From the NCBI GenBank assembly GCA_020891255.1, contig BQFW01000008.1, positions 744,001 to 808,000 of the forward strand: a stretch of DNA of 64,000 nt. The letters are read 5' to 3'. How positions within the stretch are numbered: position 1 is the stretch's first letter; each line of letters begins with the position of its first letter. Shown here piece after piece: positions 11,760-22,912 of this stretch. The notes below the pieces were generated by a model. That model was given only the letters and a program-made list of their open reading frames with translations. It ran no database searches and was not told where the DNA came from. This DNA comes from Entomortierella parvispora E1425 (Eukaryota > Fungi > Mortierellomycota). Made by a program: the position numbers and the translations under genes.

Positions 11760-14700
11760 AGCGGTGGATATATAAGGGTGGATGGTGGGTGGTGGGTGGT
11801 GGGTGGTGGGTGGATGGAGGATGATCGAAAGGTGAGTGAGCACGAAAAGTAACAAAAAACTAGAGTACAACAATGAAATGAAAAAAATGCAAGCAATGAA
11901 CAGGAAGGATGAGGGAGGAGGGACAGGAGGAGGAGGTGGAGCGAAAAGCGGTGGAGAAAGAAAAGAGGTAAACTGGGGGTTCAGGGCGGCAGGGGTGAGC
12001 TTTTATATTCATTTACCCAAGGATTAGAAAGCAAGTAGGGTGAACCGCCAGATCCCAGCTATAAACAGAGTTGCCACTCAACTTGATGTTCTTCTTTTAC
12101 TCAGCAGTAGACTACCACACACATGCCGACAGGCGCTTTGAAAATGGCGAGCACATCGTGGCAAGAAAGAGGGCGGGGCTGCTGCATCTTTGCCAGTCGA
12201 TCAAATTAGTCAATCAAGTCAGTCGATGCTGGCAGTGCTTGAAATGGGCATGGCCCTGAGAGCCACCACCTTGTTTTCAATTGAAAAAAAGATCGAAACA
12301 ATAGAAGTCAGGGCAGAGCGGCTATTAGTTCTACCCGGCAATCCTTTTTTCCAGCGAAGCAAGCACCCACAGTCTGCGCTGTTGGGGTGGAAGTCCAGGC
12401 GACAAGATTGCACCCCTTTCAATCGAGAGAAGGGGAACCAAAAAAAGAAAGCGACTCAATAGGGGCGCAGACACTCGTCCGCTGGTTGAAACTGTATCCG
12501 ACTTTCACTTCCCGCACCAACCTTAAAACTTTATGAATCTCACCATCCCACTTTTGTTTGGGAGCTGCAGTCCGTTGCTACTGCTTATGTCCTTTTAGCA
12601 CTCCATCAGAGAAATGACCTTTGCGTTCCTACTTGGGTCACGGCCCTCTTCCCCTGACCCTCTCCTCTCTCCCTCCATTTTCACTCCGTTCCTTCTTCCT
12701 CTCTCTCTCTCCCTCTCTCTCGCTTGCCCTGATCGCTTTCATCTCTGACGACAATAGAATAGCGTGTTGTGGTTGGGTAGGGGTCACCTATGACTAGAGC
12801 AGAGACAGGGCAGAAGGGGTGCATGGATTGATGGCAGACCATCTAAAAACGACTGCTGCAGCGGGCCGCGCCGAATGAAGCGCCCTGTCCAAAAAGTCTG
12901 TTTGTATGTGAGTGTGCCTGTGTGCCTGGGTGTGTTGTACTTCGATCGATTGAGAGTGAGTGTCCGACGAACCTTTGGGCAAGGTACCACAGGGCCAATG
13001 CACAGTTTGCCCAGTCGCCACTGTGCATGTTCTTTGCTGCTTTGCTTCTGTTGCGCATTTTGCGCCGTATCAAAGATTTCTTTTTGTAAAATTCTTCATG
13101 ACAACAATGACAGAGATGACGGATGGAGGACGAGTGTTTCTGCCTGGGTGAAGAAATCTAGCGCAGCTACAACCGTCATCTTTGTATCTTGGGAGTGGAT
13201 TTGATCGAGCAGATCTGCCCCTTTTGTCTCCTGAGTTTTTGACAAAATAAAATTTCTCCTTCAGGGAATATGTTGTGCCGTGCGGTTGATTTGCAACCAG
13301 AGCGGCAGAACTGAGGCATGTACCTCATTTTTTTCACTGACAAATCCTCCTCCTCCTCGAATTCCACCTGTATCATCAGGTGTGTTACTTTCAAGTCCAA
13401 TCGTCCCCATTTGTCTTTTCACTGGTCTCACGAGATATCGAGTTCTTTCCGCAGACCTGGGGTTGGTCAATTGAGCAGGGATGAAGAAATCTTTTCCTTT
13501 GCTAACTGGGCTGGACAACATATTCATGACACACATTACACCAATACTTTTGTTGTTTTTTGAGCTGCTCAATTGCAGTGCATCACTGCTGAACGTGCAT
13601 GTTTGGCCACATCATTCTGATTGATTTTTTTATGTACATGTACATGCACATACAGCCCTCTTTTTTTATTCTTTGGAGGAGGACCGATGGTACACCCCCC
13701 AGTTGAGGTTACAAGATGGTCCCACACGTTTACTCCTCGGAACAGATGTGGTCCAGGGGCATGCGAATCGGACATTTTCGATCACGACTGTGGTGCTTTT
13801 GCCCTACCAAGGATTTATGATGATCCCTAGCAGAGTGCAAAAGAAGAAGGGGCACTCATCTTCCCTGGCCCTACCCTCAACACTGCCCCTGACCTTCTCC
13901 CTCTCCCCTGTCCGTAGACGTGTTGGTTTTCCCGGTAAAAAAACGGGACTATAACGTGCCCTGACAAAAGGGACACAACATTTCGATAAACTTGTGTCAA
14001 ACGCAAATGCTAACAAGCATTTTCAAAGAATCTTCGGATAGACTCTTGCATACGAACAGGGCAGAGAGCAAAAGGCATGGGTGCAGCTGGTTTTTGTTCA
14101 AAAAAAAAAAAAAAAACATTCCAGCGGGCGGGCAGCAGCGGACGCCTTTTGGTTTTGTTCTCTGAAGTTGCGTTTCTGAGGTAGATTTGTTGGAACATAA
14201 ACATCGACCATAAGCGATTAAGAGCACCACACCAGTGATAGCTCGGAAATGAGTAACGTACCGGTACCGTACAGTAGACTATTATATGTCGTAGCCTTGT
14301 ACCATCTGAGGAGAACAAGGGAAGATGGAGAAAGAAGAGAGGCAGGGGCTCATTTTTAGGTTCACGTTTCTTCGGATCCTTTTGAAGGCCATCTTCTACC
14401 TTCGGTCCGTTCACTGATCGATCTCTTGTCACCCACTCAGGCTCTGTCCCGGAATCCAGAGCTCCGCTCGACCCGATTGCTTTCCTCCAGCTTTTGAAGA
14501 TCAGACTCCAATGACAGCTGCTGGAGAGATTGAGCTGCGTGGTTTTACATTTGTGGGTTGTGGCCCCACGTCCCGCCCCACTGCCTTGGACTTCGGACAG
14601 TCGTGGAGATAGTCCCTCCAGTCAGATCAAGCCAAGGAACCTGTCATCCCTCACTACCAAGTACAGCCTTACTCCATTCCTGCTCTCTCTGCTTATCCAA

Positions 14701-14841
14701 GAACGTCTCCAAAGTGTGTGTTGGGCGCAATTGGTGTGACAAAGGAAACACCTCGCAAAATGGGCCCAATATTCGGTGGCAGCCCTGCTCTGCAATTGAT
14801 CGGCCGCCATCAAAACAAAACGGCCAGAAATAAAGAACAAA

Positions 14842-14870
14842 CGCCACCAAGCGCCACCAAGCGCCACCAA
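14842..14870. repeat. Tandem (CGCCACCAAG) x3 upstream of the Cys-rich gene
   Basis: Directly visible: cgccaccaag cgccaccaag cgccaccaa, 170-200 bp upstream of ATG 15040. Confidence 0.85.
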
Positions 14871-15039
14871 ATTGACAAATCACGTTGTTCTCCCGATCAT
14901 TCCACGTGCCGCCGATCACTTAAGGGTCCAACGGCACGAAAAGCCCCTGCTTCGCAGTTCGGACTTTTTTCCACCATGCATCTTTGTTCTTTAACCTTTC
15001 ATCTAATCTCCATTTCCCTCTTCTCCCTTCAATTTCAAA

Positions 15040-15503
15040 ATGTGCTACGCTGTCAAGTGCAACAAGTGCGGCAAGACTGTAAGACGCCTACCCTCTATCT
15101 CCAATCCCTTTTTGGCCGAGACGATGCCGATACACACGATTTTTTTTACTGAGAAAATCTATCTAACCAAAGCGTCTGCTGCCATGATGCCTTGATCGAT
15201 CTCACGACACTACACCTTCATCCTTCTCTAGACCTGGGCTGGCTGCGGCATGGTAAGACCTCTCTCCCCTACGTTTTCTTCCATGATCTGATTACACCCA
15301 ATGTTTTTTGGTGTGTGTGCTTTTATAAACTCAAGCCAATAACACACTCCTTTTTCTTCACTGAAAAACAGCATGTCGAATCGGTCATGAAGGATGTCCC
15401 CAAGAGCCAGCAGTGCCAGTGCCCCCGTGAGCAAGGTTCTTGCATCGTTTCCAACCGTCCTGAGTTCGATAATACCTCTGCTCGTGAAGATCCCATTTGC
15501 TGA
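15040..15503 (+). CDS. Small Cys-rich putative metal-binding protein, ~63 aa, 3 exons including a 21-nt micro-exon
   Basis: Exons 15040-15078, 15232-15252, 15372-15503, all phase 0 with GTAAG donors. Product MCYAVKCNKCGKTTWAGCGMHVESVMKDVPKSQQCQCPREQGSCIVSNRPEFDNTSAREDPIC. ATG context TCAAAATG. The 3' end is less certain. Confidence 0.75.
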
Positions 15504-16993
15504 TACCTGGACGTTTCTACATCCCTGCCACTCTTTTTTTTTTTTTTTTTTTTTTTTCACCATTTTCCTTCCCACGTTGCTCTTTGGACACAAAAACTTC
15601 AATGCCTCGTTTCCTGTTGCCTCACCGTCAATTCCTCTCTCGACACAGCTACCCCCGCGTCAGCCCCCAAGGCTTCTGCTGAATAGGGTCCAGTCATTGA
15701 GCTGAGCAACTGAACTCACGATGGCACTCTCGCAGTCATTTCGCACCGAACAACAAAAACAAACTTTAGTTCTGAAGTGGAAAAACCACGATACTTTGGG
15801 CCTCAGTGATCAAATTCAAAAATAAAGTGCTTTCATTTTTGAACAGAACAAAGTGCGGTCATGAGTGGGGAGGGAAGTGCAAACTCAGCCCAGTGGTGGC
15901 ACCATTTGGCACCATCCGCAGGTTGAAAGTTTTTAAAGACATCGTTCGAATCTGGTGCAGGAGAGAAAGAGAGAGAAAGAGAGAGAAAAACCTAGGACTT
16001 TGGACAAGAACAAAAAAAAAAAAAAGACGTTCAGTCGCGTGTTAGGACTATCGGTCGGACCGAATAGGTGTCGAGCTGCCAAAAGGTATCCAGGCTCCTT
16101 GTGTCGGTTGATCTCCTGAGTCTGGGACAACTCCGTGACAAATTTGGGACCCGAAAGAGCCTAGTTGATTATTTGTAACGACACGTCTTTGACAATGGTC
16201 TAGTGCTCATCAGATTGAGAGACGGAGGAGAGAGAGAGCGAGTGAGTGAGTGAGAGAGAGAGAAAACAAACACAGAGATGAAGAACTAAAAGTGAGGGTA
16301 CCAGTGATGAAGAGCCAAAAAGGGGTCAGGAAAGAGTGACAGAAAGCTGGGACTCCTTGTTTGCCACCAGAAGGATGCTATCGGTCATTGTGCGTGCGTT
16401 CAAGTCTTTTCTGTACTCGGCAGTATCCTACCTTTTTCGGCAAGGTAACCCCCCCCCCCATCTCATTAACAATTTCTTTCTTGTCGTTTTTTTAGCAGCA
16501 CCTCTTCTGCATCCACAGAAAGGATGACGATCCTCCACTCCACTTTTTCTTTAGATGCACTCGTTTTGTTCAGATTCTTTTACGGTGGAGCTGACATACA
16601 TGCAATGGCAGCAACGCCCGCATCATACTGACTAAACGGGAACGGAAAGATCGTTCCAAGCATGAATATTCCTACACCAATATCTACTTTCATGATTTAA
16701 AAAAAAAGCAGGAGGCAAGTCTTGTGGCGTCAAGTAGGTCATCTAGTCGAAACACGAGTGGTCTAATGGTCCAACATCCTTTTTTTTTTCGTCGACGGTT
16801 AGGAGCCCACGACGCCGTCTTTTTCTATAGTGAGCGACATGAAGGTATCATTTCTGCCCTTGATATACGTTCATCTACCAATGTGGATTGCCAGGAGACT
16901 GCCAGACCTCCTTGCCCTCCCCTCACCCCCTCATTTCACATTGTTAGCACACAAGACGCGTCGTACTTCCCCTTTCCATTTTGGAGACAGAGG

Positions 16994-17002
16994 TATATAA
17001 AA
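16994..17002 (+). promoter_or_regulatory. TATA box of the secreted repeat-protein gene
   Basis: TATATAAAA about 100 bp upstream of ATG 17104, followed by a pyrimidine-rich leader. Confidence 0.6.
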
Positions 17003-17103
17003 GGACTCATCCAATCCATTCCTTGCCTGCTTGTTTTTCTTCCTATTCTGTTGGTTCTCACCTCTCTCCTTCACTCTAAAACAACAGATAACATAACCAC
17101 ACC

Positions 17104-17910
17104 ATGAGGATCAGCACTGCCATCGCACTCACTCTCTCCGCCTTTGCGGTTTCAACTCACGCGGCTCCACTTCCCTTGTTGGAGGGCGTCTCTCAGGCAC
17201 TCGGTACGGTTACCAGCCAGGCAGCTCCCGAGGCCGCCACAACTGCTGGTCCCGTTTATGAGAAGCGTGGTTTGACTGACCCACTCACTCAGGCAATCGA
17301 CATGCTTACTGGCGCTGCCGGCCAGGCAGCTCCCGAGGCCGCCACAACTGCTGGTCCCGTTTATGAGAAGCGTGGTTTGACTGACCCACTCACTCAGGCA
17401 ATCGACATGCTTACTGGCGCTGCCGGCCAGGCAGCTCCCGAGGCCGCCACAACTGCTGGTCCCGTTTATGAGAAGCGTGGTTTGACTGACCCACTCACTC
17501 AGGCAATCGACATGCTTACTGGCGCTGCCGGCCAGGCAGCTCCCGAGGCCGCCACAACTGCTGGTCCCGTTTATGAGAAGCGTGGTTTGACTGACCCACT
17601 CACTCAGGCAATTGACATGCTTACTGGCGCTGCCGGCCAGGCAGCTCCCGAGGCCGCCACAAATGCTGGTCCCGTTTATGAGAAGCGTAATGATCTCCTC
17701 GCCCCCGTCGCTAACCTCGCCCCCGTCGCTAATGTGCTCCATACTCTGCCCGTTCAAGCTGAGACTACCCAAACTTCTGGACCCGCCACCGAGGCCACGG
17801 ATTTTGAACCCACTTTCGAGAAGCGTGACAATCTCCTTGCCCCCGTCGCTAACCTCGCCCCCGTCGCTAATGTGCTCCATACTCTGCCCGTTCAAGCTCA
17901 GACATCCTAA
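17104..17910 (+). CDS. Secreted Kex2-processed repeat protein (KEP-type peptide precursor), 268 aa, intronless
   Basis: Signal-peptide-like MRISTAIALTLSAFAVSTHA, then APLP, then six EKR sites delimiting 4 x GLTDPLTQAIDMLTGAAGQAAPEAATTAGPVYEKR and 2 x (N/D)(D/N)LLAPVANLAPVANVLHTLPVQA units. Confidence 0.9.
   Translation: MRISTAIALTLSAFAVSTHAAPLPLLEGVSQALGTVTSQAAPEAATTAGPVYEKRGLTDPLTQAIDMLTGAAGQAAPEAATTAGPVYEKRGLTDPLTQAIDMLTGAAGQAAPEAATTAGPVYEKRGLTDPLTQAIDMLTGAAGQAAPEAATTAGPVYEKRGLTDPLTQAIDMLTGAAGQAAPEAATNAGPVYEKRNDLLAPVANLAPVANVLHTLPVQAETTQTSGPATEATDFEPTFEKRDNLLAPVANLAPVANVLHTLPVQAQTS
17269..17688 (+). repeat. Coding tandem repeat, 4 x 105 bp (type A units)
   Basis: Units start at 17269, 17374, 17479, 17584. 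Units 1-3 are identical; unit 4 differs at 2 nt (ATC>ATT synonymous, ACT>AAT Thr>Asn). The preceding ~50 bp is a partial copy. Confidence 0.97.
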
Positions 17911-17935
17911 ACTCCGGGAGCTGCCACCCGAGGCC
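17689..17935 (+). repeat. Coding repeat, type B units (138 bp plus a truncated copy extending into the 3' UTR)
   Basis: Units start at 17689 and 17827; each has an internal 18-bp duplication (LAPVAN x2). Similarity of copy 2 continues past the TAA at 17908-17910. Confidence 0.9.
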
Positions 17936-18453
17936 CTTGACGCACCTGACACTGCGTTCTAAAAGCGTAGCGCTGTTTCCTTCATACCATGTTTGTTCAT
18001 TCCCTGCACGAGTATCTTAAAGCCTTCAAGAACCAATTTGACATGTTCGCCCTCCCCCCATTGTCTATCCTAATAGCATTTTAATAAAGCCCCTGTAGGC
18101 ATTGATTGCCTTCAAATGAAACCATTCTCCTTGTCTTTTTGGTCTTCCTATCCTGTGAAGCGTCTCGCGTCCTATGGCAAATTGTTTTGACCATGGCAGA
18201 AAACATGTCTTCTCTCAATTTGAAAAAAAAAGCAAAGGTTTTATGTATCTGTACAGTGCCTCAAAACTACGAAAGGTGTTGTTCCCTCATCGTTGAGGCA
18301 TTTTCACTTTCCTCCGGATCCGAATATTATCGATAGTTGGAAAAAAAAAAAAATAAGGAAAAAAAAAAAGAATGCTTTTCGACTCTGCTGGATGTGTTAA
18401 TTCCCAGGCTCATCTCCACCCCTTGATCTCCTCCAATTGAAAAATGAAAAGTT

Positions 18454-18582
18454 CTACCAACCCTTTTTCAGGTTGATCTTGGGCAAGGTTACTGTGCTAC
18501 GTCTGTTCTCCATCCACCTTTCATCCTCATCTTGTAGTGCGCTGGACAGATCCTTGGTCACCCAACTGATGGAGAGTAAACG

Positions 18583-18613
<31 letters not shown>

Positions 18614-21600
18614 AGAATATGAATATGATGTTCGCTTCAAACCTCTGCACACACAAGAACGAAGGAAGGAGAAACTTACATAATAATATGGTTGTCATCG
18701 CTGCATGATGCCATCATTCCAGGTGTCGTTGGGTGGAAACTAACCCAGCCCGAGTGCTTAGAGTGTTCCTCGCTCACAGCAATGATCTCACCGGTCTCCA
18801 CATCCCAAAAGTTGAGCTTTCCATTTTCGGACCCTGAGCAGAGAATCTCATCGTTCGGGCCACAGAATCCTGGCATGATAATAAAGATTCCATTCTCGTA
18901 CGTTTCTGCCTCCAAAGCTCGCATGTGTTCCAGTAACTCGAGATCATAGATCAGAATCTGAGCCGGTCGACACAACTGGGCGTCACCCTTTACAGAGACT
19001 GAGAGGAACGCCCGATTAGGGGAGACCATTATAGACGTTGCCATATCCGACAATCGTTCCACGAATCTGCAAGGAAGATGACCGAAAAGAGAAGAATGGT
19101 AAGTAAGGTTTTGAGCCACAGAAAACGAGCACATGACCCATTATGATACGAGGTATCATAATACTTACTTTGTTTCTTTAGTGTCAAATGAAAGAACCTC
19201 AATGGTGAGTTCATTCGTACAGACCACTGCTTCATTCCGCTCTGGAATCATGCAAAGTTTGACAACAGTCTTCTTGTCGCCAATTGAGATTTCATCTACA
19301 ACTTCTCCTTTCAGGTTCTGTCAAGACAACGACCACAAGAAAAAAAGTGGGTCAGCAAACAAGGTTGGATGCGGGGGGTAGAAGGGCGGGGCAATCATTT
19401 GCGCAACAAAAAACTCACCCAAATGGCTATCAGCCCCGATTGCGGCGCGGTGACGAATCGCTGCGAATCTGGCAACCAACCAATGGCATTGACATGAATG
19501 TCTTGGCTGCCGTCATTATGCCTGGTCGTGAGAACAACCTCTCCAGTCTAGATAGAACAAACAAAGGGAAGGCGTAAGAGGTCAAGAACTCTTTGAACAC
19601 GAGTCGACTGGTGCATGGGGTCGACCTGTTGGGTCATTTCTTATCAATCGAGACATGTGATCTCGTCGGTGGGGTTCCCTTTTTTTTTTTTTTTTTTTTT
19701 TACACGCGTCCCAATGGGTAAAAAGATAAAAATCGCGTTGACTCATGCTTTCATGCATCGGAGAGCATGTCGAGGATCTTACCGCAATATCGATCACGTA
19801 GAATTCTGGGGTGTAGGTGACGCTGATCGCGTCAAAGCCCAGGTTGACGAGGAGATACTTGCTATCGGGCGACCATTCGACATGGGTCACTGAACGCGAG
19901 TATTCAAACTTTTTGTAAATCCTTGGCTCTGGAGTCTATTCAGAAACAACGAAGACACAAAGAGCAATCAAGGTCAGTTCAGTGGATCCTTCTCTGAAGC
20001 CCTTTGAAAGACTGAAGCAAAGAGAGCACTTGACGCAGGGATGGCGGCAAGATTGCAACCTTCTTTGCTGATTACGAATGTCAAAGCTTTCATCCGTTTC
20101 CTTCTGTGTTCCTTCAGAGCGAATTTAGAGTTGCATATAGGGCGGAAGTCGAAAAAAAAAAAGAAAAAGTAAAGAACCGAGAAGTGAAGAAGAAAGAACG
20201 ATGATTGCCTCGCTTGGTTATTGTGAACACAACCGCAGTACATATCACAATCGAATTGAGGTCCAGGCACAATCGATCCTGAGCCTTTGGAAGTTCACTC
20301 TCCTTCCCACTTCTTGTGGTCTGTTTGTGTGTTTTGAGGGCCCTTTTTTTTCTTGTTTTGGCTCGTCCCAGGTCTTTTCTCAACAGCAAAAAGAAAAAAA
20401 TGAAATACAAAAAAACAAACGCAAGAGGGGACTGATCCAAAACGGGTGGGTCCCAATCCATCGGACACGCCAACAAGTGTGGGAAACAGAACAGGGGAAT
20501 GTCAACAACAGTGCGACGGTAGTGAACACAGGGTGCAGACACACAGTCGCCTGTGGTCTTGGCGCAGGGTGGCACTGTTCGCGGAAGGCAATCCGAGTTT
20601 GATTGTTGTGGCCCTGTTTTCGCCAATCAACTAGTGTCCTTGTCAAGCTCAAGGGAACACGCAAGCACCAACCATCCCACCGCGCCTTGTGTTGACTCTT
20701 TTTTTTTCTTTTTTCTTCCCAGATCCCCCTCTCGTTCGCTCTTGTGATGCACCTCACGCCAGTTTGTGCATGTGTGCTACCGTACAGCCGAGCTTCTCAC
20801 TGGGTGAAAGTTGGGAAATAAAAAAAAAAGGGTCGATGGCGAGTGGGCCCGGTGGGCACTGGGTTTTTTTCTCTGATGTCTTGTGCAACCGTCGAGACTC
20901 CACCGACTTGACAGCTCCTTTGCCCAGCTCACACCGTTCTCTGACACACACACTCATCCCCGTATCTGCCATCACCGCCCACCATCGCAGAGCCCCTCCC
21001 TCTCGAATCTCTCGTAAAATTGGATAGGAAGAAAGAAAACAAAGAGGCAAAGGCATATGCATGCACGCGCGACAGAACGCGAGTTCTCTTTTAGAGAAAA
21101 CGGAAAAACCAAGGAGGAGGAGGGAAAGATTGAAAGCAGGGTGTCTGGAATAGCAAACAAACATGGGGAAGCAAAACAACAAATGGAAAGGGCGAACAAA
21201 ATAAAAACGGTTTCACCCCTGTTCCCTCTGTCTTGTCTGCCTTTCACTTACCATAACGTCCTGCCAGATCATTATCGTCTGGTCAAGTCCCGTTGAGGCG
21301 AGGTAGTCGCCAGAGGGCGAAAAATGTACAAACCAACACTCGTCCAGATGATACGTCAAGCGATGGCGTATCTCTGTGGGGATCTGTTCCCGGAGAACAG
21401 CCAACCGGCTTTGTTCAAAGAATTGTTGGGCCTGCATGCTGTGTCGATGGTTGAAAGCCGTTGTTGTTTTTGTTGATGTTATTGTTGTGCCAGACGTTGC
21501 GTGGGAAGAGGATGAGGATGTGGATGTGGAGGCTGTTGACCGCAGGCCCAGTCGAAGAGCATTGTTTGTATCGAGATTGTCAATGTTGTGATTGTTGTTG

Positions 21601-22211
21601 ATGAGGGAGTTTTGGTTGTCTTGCGTTCCAGCACTGCAGATGCTATTGCTACGAACGCTTGAGCAGTATGTGCACGAAGGAAGAGAAGACGCCGCCATAC
21701 TCATGTCTTGATGAGAGGTCGAGAGCAGCGATGCATCATCGTCGCCTTCGCCTCCCATCCCTTTGAATTCTTCGCCTTCTTCCTCGGGAAGGGTGCTAAA
21801 GTACGAAGTGCTCGAGCAAGGCTCGCTCAAAGTCGGTGAGAGCGGAGAAAGATAGGCTTGAGAGACACGTCGACTGTGGGTACTACCAAAGCTAGAGTAC
21901 GAGCCAGACCCGAGACTGGAGACGCTGGCGATTGAAAGAGGGCGTGCACCACCGTGACCATGGTGTTTGCAGTGGGGGAGATGGTTGGCAGATTGACCAG
22001 CACCGCCAGAGAGTCGCGTGTCTCCGAGAAGCTCGGCCAAGGCTCTGTCAAGCTGTTCATCATCTTCGGCGTTATCGCTCAGGTATGAAGGATCGGCGGC
22101 CGCGGCCGTGGCGTTGGGATTGATCTTTGGGTATCTGTGGGAGTTTGAGTGTCCGCCCGTGCTGCTTGAAGAGGACAGCTTTCGGGGAGGAGGCGGCAAG
22201 GAAGGCGACAT
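18454..22211 (-). CDS. WD40-repeat protein, GID7/WDR26-like, ~629 aa, 6 exons
   Basis: Exons 22211-21252, 19935-19783, 19547-19419, 19317-19169, 19066-18680, 18565-18454 (1890 nt). WD repeats HLDECWFVHFSPSGDYLASTGLDQTIMIW, LCSGSENGKLNFWD, HSGWVSFHPTTPGMMASCSDDNHIIIW resemble the GID7/WDR26 pattern (from family knowledge). Ser-rich N-terminus with no LisH/CTLH recognised. Confidence 0.85.
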
Positions 22212-22716
22212 GGTCGGGTATATCAGGAGACGTAGCAAAGATAGGACAGAGTGGGTGTGTGTGAGTTTTGCGCAGATGTCAAAAGGAACGAGCAGAAAGA
22301 GAATGGAGATGACAGGGGAATGAAAGCAAGCGGGAATGAGATTGAGAGTCGAGTTGAAATGAAGAAGAAGAGTAGAGAAGTAGAGACTAAAGGCGGGAAA
22401 GAACAAAGAAGAGACGCAAAAGTCGAAGAAGCGAAGGACGCAAGGAAGGAAGTGAGCAAAGAAAGACAGGGGTGGCATGTCCGTTTCCACCATCACAAGA
22501 CCCGGCAGGCAGGGGTGCTACTGGCTGGATGGCTGGAGGGACGGCCGGGTGCTCGCAGGCAAGGCACAGGTACAGGCACACACGCACAAGACAAAAAGAT
22601 AAAGATACTCAAGCAGACCGCAGGGGCTGGACCCCCTCTTTCCGCTTCCACCCTCCGGGCAGCTGTCGTCGACTCGCACCTCCAAAGTCTAATTCCACTC
22701 GCTCGACCGTCCGTCG

Positions 22717-22825
22717 GTCTGTCTGTGTGTCTGTCTGTCTGGTCTGTTTGTCGCTCTGTGCTCTTCTCTCTGTCTCTGTCTCTGTCTTTGTCTCTGTCTC
22801 TGTTTCTGTGTCTGTGTCTGTCTCT
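22717..22825. repeat. Imperfect (TGTC)n/(TCTG)n microsatellite
   Basis: Visible low-complexity tract upstream of the WD40 gene. Confidence 0.8.
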
Positions 22826-22890
22826 GGTGAGCACCCTCTTCTTCTGACCCCTAAACACAGTCGGACGAAAACCACCTTTCACAAGCGGAC

Positions 22891-22912
22891 TTGAGCATGG
22901 GCCATGGTCCAC
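22891..22912. repeat. 22-bp element TTGAGCATGGGCCATGGTCCAC, copy 1
   Basis: Identical to 46381-46402; contains the palindrome CATGG-G-CCATG. Confidence 0.9.

Noticed and set aside
12027-14800. Many short ORFs in the long intergenic region
   Set aside because: No coherent splice-linked frame or homology could be recognised; a degenerate pseudogene cannot be excluded without a search.
17269-17688. Regular repeats as a CRISPR-like array
   Set aside because: No unique spacers; units are in-frame coding repeats in a eukaryotic gene.
17152-17952. 266-aa antisense ORF over the KEP gene
   Set aside because: Shadow of the sense repeat; no ATG start or independent signals.
9815-22211. Dikaritin/ustiloxin-type RiPP cluster around the KEP
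   Set aside because: No DUF3328/UstYa, tyrosinase, P450 or methyltransferase gene visible; the only Tyr lies next to the EKR site, not in a distinct core.
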